Shown in pieces: positions 57,576-64,000 of a DNA stretch of 64,000 nt (its first letter is position 1; every line of letters begins with the position of its first letter). Below the pieces are notes generated by a model. It saw only the letters and a program-made list of their open reading frames with translations, was not told the DNA's origin and did no database searches. The DNA comes from a virus (lineage: Duplodnaviria; Caudoviricetes): IMG/VR virus record IMGVR_UViG_3300035703_002708. One strand, 5' to 3'. The position numbers were made by a program, and so were the translations under genes.

Positions 57576-58204
57576 TAGAACTTCTAAAAAAATTGGACTT
57601 TAAAACTTTGATGATTTTATGTTTAATCATCATCATACTTCTTTTAAGAATGTGTGATGGAGAAAGTAATGAAGTTAAAAAAGGTGACACAATCAAAGTT
57701 AATGGTAAAAAATATGAAGTTGTTGACCATAGAAGAGATACGACATATATAACAAGAGACTCAATTGTATATAAAAAAGGTAAAGATATCAAAGTTGAGG
57801 TTAAAGTACCGGTTTATGTCCCCGCAAATGTAGATACCCAAGAAATACTCAAAGATTATTTCTCAAGAAGATTCTATATTGATACATTAGATTTGGGTCA
57901 AAAATCATTTGTTATAGTAAAAGATACAATTACCGAAAACAAAATTCTTTCTAGAGTTTTCGAATCATCTATCACCGAAAGAATTATTAATGACACTCTA
58001 TTTCTTGTAGAACCTCCTAAAAGACAAATGTTTATCGGATTTCAAATGGGATTCGATAAGAAAGACATAATCAATTATGGTGGATTAAGTCTTTTGTATA
58101 AAGACAAAAAAGACAAAATCTTTGGATTAGGGTTAGGTATAAACTCCAATAGTCAACCTACAATTATGGGAAGTATGAATTGGAAAATTAAATTAAAAAA
58201 ATAG
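57572..58204 (+). CDS. Membrane-anchored protein with a C-terminal beta-strand region (DUF6808-like, Bacteroidota phage lysis cassettes)
   Basis: N-terminal TM/lipobox-like LLRMC, several DT-x motifs, and amphipathic Gly-rich C-terminal strands. Confidence 0.5.
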   Translation: MIELLKKLDFKTLMILCLIIIILLLRMCDGESNEVKKGDTIKVNGKKYEVVDHRRDTTYITRDSIVYKKGKDIKVEVKVPVYVPANVDTQEILKDYFSRRFYIDTLDLGQKSFVIVKDTITENKILSRVFESSITERIINDTLFLVEPPKRQMFIGFQMGFDKKDIINYGGLSLLYKDKKDKIFGLGLGINSNSQPTIMGSMNWKIKLKK

Positions 58205-58205
58205 A

Positions 58206-58451
58206 ATGGCACTTTCTTCATCAGAAAAAAAGGAAATAGAGACATTAGTCAGAAAAGAGATAAAGGATTTCTTGGGTTCTCAAACCGTAAGACAATTTGA
58301 GAATAAACTAATGGACGAAGTCGCTAAAGAGGTCAAAAGAGGAAAACTCGAAAGTGAAATAAAGGATTTAATAGTTAGAAGTATGTCAGAGTTTTATCAA
58401 TTTTTATGGACACAAAGAGGTACTTGGGAAGGGAGAATAAGGAGGTCATAA
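58206..58451 (+). CDS. Hypothetical helical protein, 81 aa
   Basis: KKEIETLVRKEIKDF; tightly packed in the operon. Confidence 0.55.
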   Translation: MALSSSEKKEIETLVRKEIKDFLGSQTVRQFENKLMDEVAKEVKRGKLESEIKDLIVRSMSEFYQFLWTQRGTWEGRIRRS

Positions 58452-58453
58452 TC

Positions 58454-59353
58454 ATGGAAAAAAAAATTTATAAAAAAAAAGAAAATATTGAGGCCACAGG
58501 TGCGGCATCTGCTGGAGGTTATTCGGCACCACTTTTCGGTGACATGAAAGAAGATGAGGAAACAAAAAACACAGAAACACCTAATTTTTATAAGTCAATT
58601 TATAACCCTGATGACAAATCATATATTGCTGCTTATAAGATAATTGATGATTCTTCAGACAAATTTATAGAAGTTCTCAATATTCATGAAAATGAAGTTG
58701 GTCGAATTTATATGGATGGTAAAGAAACCTATGAAATATCAATTTTCAGATTCAGATTACCAAAATCTCAAATCCAAATTTTAGACGATGATACCGGTTT
58801 TGAGGGATTCAAATTTATCAAAATACCTTATTGGTTAGTAAAGAAAGACCCAACACAATATAAAATCAAAAGAATAAATAAGAAAAAAAGGTTATCGAGA
58901 AAGTATAGTTACCCTTTTCCTTCATTATCTAAAGATGTTGACAACAATGTAATCGATTATATAACTATTACTGATGGTGACAAAGAATCTATAAAAAAAA
59001 TTAAGACACAACAAGAAGGAAATGTAACTAAGACTGAAACAAAAGAGGCTACAGGTTCATCTTCAGCGGGTGCTTATGTAGGTCCCGCAGTTTGGGCAAA
59101 ATCATCAACCAAAAAAAATTGGAGAGGAGCTAAAAAAACTCAAATACCTGGCGGTAAGTTTGTTGAAGTTAAGAAAAAATGTCAAAAATTCCCATATTGT
59201 AATCAAGGGGATATTAAAGCCTTGAACATTTTCGAAAATGATAGAATAAACCAAGTTATCAAGAATATATCAAAAAAACATAATATAAGTGAGAATGTAA
59301 TCAAAAACATTTTGAGATATGAACTTGATGTATTTAGAAAATACAAAAAATAA
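58454..59353 (+). CDS. Putative head-internal protein with a duplicated EATG..SAG.Y..P motif (probable start 58454)
   Basis: EATGAASAGGYSAPLF near the N-terminus and EATGSSSAGAYVGPAVW near the C-terminus; CQKFPYCNQG. Confidence 0.55.
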   Translation: MEKKIYKKKENIEATGAASAGGYSAPLFGDMKEDEETKNTETPNFYKSIYNPDDKSYIAAYKIIDDSSDKFIEVLNIHENEVGRIYMDGKETYEISIFRFRLPKSQIQILDDDTGFEGFKFIKIPYWLVKKDPTQYKIKRINKKKRLSRKYSYPFPSLSKDVDNNVIDYITITDGDKESIKKIKTQQEGNVTKTETKEATGSSSAGAYVGPAVWAKSSTKKNWRGAKKTQIPGGKFVEVKKKCQKFPYCNQGDIKALNIFENDRINQVIKNISKKHNISENVIKNILRYELDVFRKYKK

Positions 59354-59355
59354 AG

Positions 59356-59363
59356 ATATTTAT
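59356..59363 (+). promoter_or_regulatory. ATATTTAT phage promoter motif
   Basis: GATATTTATT, 16 nt before ATG 59380. Confidence 0.5.
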
Positions 59364-59379
59364 TATAAAATAAAAAAAT

Positions 59380-60636
59380 ATGAAAACACTTAAAAATTAT
59401 ATCGATTCAGTTGTTAACAAAGTTTTACGTGAATCTTTAGAGGAAAAAGCCGATGAAATAATCGACAAAATAAAATCGAATGTAACCGAGGAAGATGATA
59501 TGGATGGATTTGAAGAACTCGAATTTAATGAGGACTATATGACTGAAGGTGAAACTTGTGAACAGTGTGGTGGTATGATGACTGAAGGAGAGTGTTCTGA
59601 GTGTGGATATAAAATGGAAGGTATCTACGAGGCAGACTTCGACCCTATGGAAAAATTGGAAAGAGTTTGTAATGAAGAAAGTGAAGAATTTGATGAGGAA
59701 GCATGTAAATCACACAAAAAATATGCAAAATCAGAAATGACCGAAAAATTACACGGAAAACAAAATAGATTGGACAAAAATAAAAATAACCGAATAGATT
59801 CTGAAGATTTCAAATTATTGAGAAAATCAAAAAAACATCAAACTGACGAAGAAATGGAAGAAGGTAACGCTTTCACAGGGGCTTTAGCGAAGGCTAAAAA
59901 AAGTGGTGAAGATGAATTTGAAGTTGGAGGTAAAAAATTTAATGTTAAAGAGTCAATTCGTTTGACAGAGGAGGAAATGATTGATTTGATAGAGAAAATA
60001 GTAAATGAGGAAAAAAGTAACATAAAAAAACAATCTAGTCATCATGGTACTTCTACAACTAAAAGGAATATAGAAAAATCCAAAAAAGAAAATGATGATT
60101 ATATCAAATCTGTCACTAAAAAAATGAAAGAATATCTAAAGGATGGTTCTAAAGGTGATTTTGATTTTGAACCGAAAATGTTCCCAAAAGGAAATGGAGA
60201 GTTGGCAAAAATGGATAAAAAAACTTATAAACCAACATCTGAAGTTCAAGAATACATTGAAAATTTTTCATCCGCAGGACTCGAAAACTTAGTATTTGAT
60301 GAAATTCATCCAAACGAAGAAAAGATGGATGAATACATGGAAGGTTCTTCAAAAGCAGGAAACAATCCAAAATGGGCAAATGCTGTAGAAACCGACGTTA
60401 ACAAAAAAAGAAACAAAGTCAGAAAGAGAAATTTACTTGGTATTCTGAAGAAAAAAGAAGGTTATAATAGACAAGCACAACCAGTTTACGACTATAAAAA
60501 CGATAGTGAAGAAGAAAAAGACGTTGCTAGAATATTTCAAGCGTTAGAGTCAACAGAAGATAAGAAAGAAAAACTAATTAAAGAGGATATAGAAAAAATG
60601 AATCATTTATTAGGATACGACAAAAAAACTCAATAA
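59380..60636 (+). CDS. Acidic modular putative prohead-core/internal polyprotein
   Basis: Modules: VVNKVLRESLEE helix, CEQC..CSEC, DKNKNNRIDSEDF (EF-hand-like), GNAFTGALAKAK, IRLTEEEMIDLIEKIVNE, and LIKEDIEKMNHLLGY. Confidence 0.6.
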   Translation: MKTLKNYIDSVVNKVLRESLEEKADEIIDKIKSNVTEEDDMDGFEELEFNEDYMTEGETCEQCGGMMTEGECSECGYKMEGIYEADFDPMEKLERVCNEESEEFDEEACKSHKKYAKSEMTEKLHGKQNRLDKNKNNRIDSEDFKLLRKSKKHQTDEEMEEGNAFTGALAKAKKSGEDEFEVGGKKFNVKESIRLTEEEMIDLIEKIVNEEKSNIKKQSSHHGTSTTKRNIEKSKKENDDYIKSVTKKMKEYLKDGSKGDFDFEPKMFPKGNGELAKMDKKTYKPTSEVQEYIENFSSAGLENLVFDEIHPNEEKMDEYMEGSSKAGNNPKWANAVETDVNKKRNKVRKRNLLGILKKKEGYNRQAQPVYDYKNDSEEEKDVARIFQALESTEDKKEKLIKEDIEKMNHLLGYDKKTQ

Positions 60637-60638
60637 TC

Positions 60639-60668
60639 TTCACATATTAATAACAACTACTATATTCT
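60639..60668 (+). promoter_or_regulatory. Possible host-type promoter
   Basis: TTCACA-N16-TATATTCT, the same spacing as TTGACA-N16-TATATT at 10410. Confidence 0.4.
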
Positions 60669-60700
60669 CCATAGGACAAAAACCTATGGAGAATTTTTTT
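60664..60700 (+). terminator. Perfect 12-bp hairpin plus T-run overlapping the start codon of the next gene
   Basis: ATTCTCCATAGG-ACAAAAA-CCTATGGAGAAT-TTTTTT; ATG 60686 lies in the 3' arm. Confidence 0.6.
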
Positions 60701-61153
60701 AACTATATATCAAAACCAGTTCACCCCGACGATGTTCAAGTTTGGTTGGATATGAATAATATCATACCTGAAAAAGTTGAACTTTACGCTGATTTTGCAA
60801 ATGGTCTTCATCAACTGATTTTAGATACCTATTTAGGTTTAGAAAATGAAAACCACGAAAACGAAATTGAAATGTCGGAGGAAGATAATAACAAACATTT
60901 CGAATGGTGTTGGAAAAAAACAATTGATAGTTTTGGAAAAGAAAATCTTAAGTTTTTCTATAAAGGAGAACATTTCGACCATTTTAAATCGTTTTTCGAT
61001 GAAGTCTTCTACAAACAAAAAGAAGATAAGATAAGAAAACAAATAAAAAGTTTTTTTGAAGACCTTTTTGACTTAAAAAAACCATTCACTAAATCCGATT
61101 TGGATATGTTAACTGACCTCTATAAATCATTAGATAAAAATTTAAAGAAATAA
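60686..61153 (+). CDS. Hypothetical protein, 155 aa
   Basis: Helical; DTYLG and FEWCWKK motifs; no function recognised. Confidence 0.65.
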   Translation: MENFFNYISKPVHPDDVQVWLDMNNIIPEKVELYADFANGLHQLILDTYLGLENENHENEIEMSEEDNNKHFEWCWKKTIDSFGKENLKFFYKGEHFDHFKSFFDEVFYKQKEDKIRKQIKSFFEDLFDLKKPFTKSDLDMLTDLYKSLDKNLKK

Positions 61154-61158
61154 AAACC

Positions 61159-61188
61159 TTTACTAAACAATCAGAAACACTATTTTTG
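61159..61188 (+). promoter_or_regulatory. Bacteroidota-type promoter
   Basis: TTTACT-N16-TATTTTTG upstream of the Hc1-like gene. Confidence 0.5.
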
Positions 61189-61224
61189 TGATACAAATAA
61201 ACTATTTGAATTTAATTTTTAAAA

Positions 61225-61407
61225 ATGGAAACTATCGAAAAAATTAAAGAATTGACAGAATCTCTATCAATCGACGCAGGAAAATTCTACAAAGGAAATA
61301 AAAGCGCTGGTACTCGTGCTCGTGGAACTGCACAAGAATTGAAAGAACTTCTTCAAAACTTTAGAAAAGAAATCCTTGACGAAAGAAAAAAATCTGAAAA
61401 TGCTTAA
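61225..61407 (+). CDS. Histone H1-like nucleoid protein (Hc1 family, Bacteroidota type)
   Basis: KGNKSAGTRAR...ELKELLQNFRK matches the Hc1 GNKAAG.RAR motif; 60 aa. Confidence 0.75.
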   Translation: METIEKIKELTESLSIDAGKFYKGNKSAGTRARGTAQELKELLQNFRKEILDERKKSENA

Positions 61408-61591
61408 TATAGATACATTATTTTTATTTATATTCATTTTTTCAACTTTGACTTTATTGAAAACTATTGTTAAAGTTATAAGTGCGGTGTCACAGAATAA
61501 CCCCCAACCGGCGTTTAAAAGTGACACCTCACTTTTATTTAATGGATTAGCCCTAACCTACATAATAACATACTTAATACAAAACATATAA
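61400..61591 (+). CDS. Small two-TM membrane protein (probable start 61400)
   Basis: TLFLFIFIFSTLTLL and LLFNGLALTYIITYLI hydrophobic segments. Confidence 0.55.
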   Translation: MLNIDTLFLFIFIFSTLTLLKTIVKVISAVSQNNPQPAFKSDTSLLFNGLALTYIITYLIQNI

Positions 61592-61998
61592 TGACCTTTT
61601 ATCAAGAACTAGCAGTCATACATCCATATCTACAAAGTGTCAGAAAGTTGAAGAACTATTTGTCCATCGATGTTAACTTCCCAACTACTTGGAAACTACC
61701 CAAAAAATACGTGCCGGACAACTCAGTTGTTGAGAATGAATCAACACTGAAAGACCATAGATGTTTTTCTTTTGTATCGGCTTTCGAGGAAAAACTTGTT
61801 GAGGATATGTTAATTAATCTCAACGGAGTTATTAAATACAACAAAGAAAGAGAAGAAAAAGAGAGATTGTTCGAAACAAAAGTCACAGAATTAAAACAAA
61901 TCTTTGATAAACAAAATTTAGAGAACCTAAAAAATCTAAGTTTTGAATTAACCGAAAAAAAGTTAAGTTTGGACGATGAGCTCACAGAATCAGAATAA
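61591..61998 (+). CDS. Hypothetical protein with a C-terminal coiled coil, 135 aa
   Basis: TAATG overlap; NKEREEKERLFETKVTELKQ. Confidence 0.6.
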   Translation: MTFYQELAVIHPYLQSVRKLKNYLSIDVNFPTTWKLPKKYVPDNSVVENESTLKDHRCFSFVSAFEEKLVEDMLINLNGVIKYNKEREEKERLFETKVTELKQIFDKQNLENLKNLSFELTEKKLSLDDELTESE

Positions 61999-62173
61999 TG
62001 CCAAGGTATTAGATTGGTTAGAAAAAGAAAAACAAAAAGACAGTGCTGAATTAATTGCAGATAAGAGAAAGTTTATCGAAGAGATTAGGAAGTTCAGAAA
62101 ATCAGATTTAACAAATTCAGACGAAATCAAGTTGACATTATGGCAGAAAATCAAGAAGACATTGGGATTTTAG
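61976..62173 (+). CDS. Hypothetical protein, 65 aa
   Basis: Overlapping tightly packed ORF ending LWQKIKKTLGF. Confidence 0.5.
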   Translation: MSSQNQNNAKVLDWLEKEKQKDSAELIADKRKFIEEIRKFRKSDLTNSDEIKLTLWQKIKKTLGF

Positions 62174-62397
62174 AAAAGTTAGCATTAATTGCTGACGCTT
62201 CACAAAATCTTTTTACTGGTAGGGCTACAGTTATTTTTGAACTTCCGATAGGTGAGTTCAGAAAAACACAAAGTCAATTAAAAAAGGAACTTACAGGTGA
62301 AAAATTCAAAGTAGATATCTCAGGTACTGAGTTCATATTCCTTATGGATGGTGTTTTACAGGAAATGTCGTCGAATGACGGTAAAGAACCTTCTTAG
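62140..62397 (+). CDS. Hypothetical protein, 85 aa
   Basis: Overlapping ORF that converges with the 62342 ORF. Confidence 0.5.
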   Translation: MAENQEDIGILEKLALIADASQNLFTGRATVIFELPIGEFRKTQSQLKKELTGEKFKVDISGTEFIFLMDGVLQEMSSNDGKEPS

Positions 62398-62995
62398 GAA
62401 TACCATTTTCCTCCAAAAAATCATATAGATACTTTCTTTGTTCAAAGGTCCAATCCTGAACGAATATACAATCCATTTTACCTTTGGAAACAAAATTGTT
62501 TCCAAGATTATTAACAAACCGTTCAGCGTCATCATCAGTTTTAAGTGAAAATAATGTAAATTTTTCTTCAAATTGGACAATTATCTTGTTATTGATTTTA
62601 GAAATCATTTTTAAACCAGGTTTCGTGAGATAGTTTTTAATAAACTTATCAACTGAAATTCTGTTTTTGGTTTGAATATCATAAATTAACTCTTCAACCC
62701 TATACTCAATCATTCTAACAAGTTCGAACTCAGGGTCCTCAAAATCAACCTTGACATTTCTCCCAAGATAATCCTGCATATAAACAGAACTTTTACCACC
62801 TTTTCCGTATTTCAATAACCCTAACTGATAATCACACCTATATCCGTTTTCATATTGTTTCTCAAACACAACTTCATTTGATTTTTTTTCTAACTTCTTA
62901 AAGTATTGATTAACTCTATCTAAAGTTTTAAATTTCTTTAAGATTTTTTGTTTAGTTCTATTTTTGAAAAGGACTACGATAAAATTAAATTCCAT
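62342..62995 (-). CDS. Hypothetical basic protein, 217 aa
   Basis: Long ORF with no competing plus-strand gene; divergent from dnaJ. Confidence 0.6.
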   Translation of the reverse strand: MEFNFIVVLFKNRTKQKILKKFKTLDRVNQYFKKLEKKSNEVVFEKQYENGYRCDYQLGLLKYGKGGKSSVYMQDYLGRNVKVDFEDPEFELVRMIEYRVEELIYDIQTKNRISVDKFIKNYLTKPGLKMISKINNKIIVQFEEKFTLFSLKTDDDAERFVNNLGNNFVSKGKMDCIFVQDWTFEQRKYLYDFLEENGIPKKVLYRHSTTFPVKHHP

Positions 62996-63033
62996 AGAAA
63001 TAAAATATTATTTAAACATTTGAAGTAAACCAT

Positions 63034-63990
63034 ATGTCAAATCCTAATTATTACGATGTACTAGGTGTTCAAGAACAAGCAACACAAGAAGAAATAAAAA
63101 AGGCGTATCGTAAATTAGCGGTAGAACATCACCCTGACAAAGGTGGGGATGAAAACAGATTCAAAGAAATTGCAAACGCTTACGGTGTATTGGGGGACGA
63201 AAATAAAAGAAAACAATACGACCAACAAAAAAACAATCCATTTGCAGGATTTAATGGTGGTGGAGGTGGACCATCTATGGATGATTTATTTGCTCAGTTC
63301 TTTGGTGGAATGGGTAATATGGGAGGACAACAAAGAAGACAAAGACAAACTCCTGAAAAACTGATAGATGTTAACGTCACAGTTTTAGACTCATATAAGT
63401 CAGAATCAAAAAATATTGTATACAACAGAAAACACCAGTGTGGAGATTGTTCAGGACAAGGTGGGGAAAGACAACATTGTGGACATTGTGGGGGACAAGG
63501 TTTCGTACAACAAAGGGTAGGTACCGCTATGTTTATGCAAATGATGACAGTTGAATGTCCTTCCTGTAGAGGTAAAGGACATACTTTCAAAACTACTTGC
63601 CATTCTTGTCACGGTGAAGGTACAAAATCATCTATGGAACAAATAAATATCAAAGTTCCACATGGTATAGATAACGGTCAATTTATCAAGATACAAGGTA
63701 AAGGAGATTTTTCAGAGAATATGTATGGTAATCTTGTTATAAGGTTCAATGTGTCTTCTGTTGATAATTTTGAAAAACATGGACAAGATATGATATACAA
63801 TAAATTTTTCAATTTAGAGGAACTACAAAAAGATTCTTTTGAGGTTCCACATCCAGATGGTTCAATTGCAATTAGAATACCTCAAGAGTTTGATACAACA
63901 AAACCCCTTCGAGTTAAGTCAAAGGGGTTTAGAGGGTCTCAACAAGGAGACTTATACGTAAAACTCAATGTAAAGTTTGTTAGAAAATAA
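63034..63990 (+). CDS. dnaJ: DnaJ (type I) co-chaperone
   Basis: J-domain with HPD, G/F-rich linker, four CxxCxGxG repeats and a C-terminal GDLYV motif. Confidence 0.95.
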   Translation: MSNPNYYDVLGVQEQATQEEIKKAYRKLAVEHHPDKGGDENRFKEIANAYGVLGDENKRKQYDQQKNNPFAGFNGGGGGPSMDDLFAQFFGGMGNMGGQQRRQRQTPEKLIDVNVTVLDSYKSESKNIVYNRKHQCGDCSGQGGERQHCGHCGGQGFVQQRVGTAMFMQMMTVECPSCRGKGHTFKTTCHSCHGEGTKSSMEQINIKVPHGIDNGQFIKIQGKGDFSENMYGNLVIRFNVSSVDNFEKHGQDMIYNKFFNLEELQKDSFEVPHPDGSIAIRIPQEFDTTKPLRVKSKGFRGSQQGDLYVKLNVKFVRK

Positions 63991-64000
63991 AATTAAAAAT

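Noticed and set aside
1-64000. Stop-codon reassignment (as in Lak and some crAss-like phages)
   Set aside because: Genes up to 6.4 kb are open in the standard code. Most end in TAA; the few TAG (58204, 62173, 62397) and TGA stops sit at gene junctions, and no gene appears fragmented.
1-64000. CRISPR array, tRNA, long ncRNA, integrase, transposon, reverse transcriptase/DGR
   Set aside because: The largest intergenic gap is about 110 bp and is explained by a terminator and promoter. I saw no spaced direct repeats, no TR/VR pair and no relevant catalytic motifs.

Overview
About 64 kb, very AT-rich (roughly one-third GC by eye) and almost entirely coding. This is a segment of a large lytic dsDNA myovirus (jumbo or huge phage type) that very likely infects Bacteroidota. 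Host evidence: a Bacteroidota-type sigma-A, TAnnTTTG-type promoters, A-rich starts lacking Shine-Dalgarno sequences, SprB repeats, and Hc1-, DUF6576- and DUF6808-like proteins. Layout: (1) 1-10.4 kb, tail-tip/baseplate-hub genes (OmpA-like plus tube-like protein, LysM/gp53-like, 2151-aa hub); (2) 10.4-18.9 kb, T4-like replication/recombination (gp32-like SSB, RecA/UvsX, 5'-3' exonuclease, DnaB/gp41, class Ia NrdB/NrdA); (3) 19-44.7 kb, baseplate wedge and Cys-rich modular tail-fibre/adhesin genes, with RuvC; (4) 44.7-53.2 kb, primase, PD-(D/E)XK nuclease, split SbcD/SbcC and a stand-alone Type IIG-like restriction-modification fusion; (5) 53.2-64 kb, phage sigma factor, lysis-like cassette, putative head-internal proteins, Hc1 histone-like protein and DnaJ. 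The standard genetic code fits. I saw no tRNA, CRISPR array, integrase, reverse transcriptase or intein. The best novelty candidates are a family of putative capsid-packaged, protease-processed polyproteins sharing helical xxE motifs; a two-class promoter system with a back-to-back switch in front of the phage sigma gene; SprB-repeat and Cys-rich modular fibres; a re-partitioned Mre11/Rad50; and a phage-borne restriction-modification enzyme in a genome that appears to avoid GATC. All family assignments are motif recognition by eye, not database searches.
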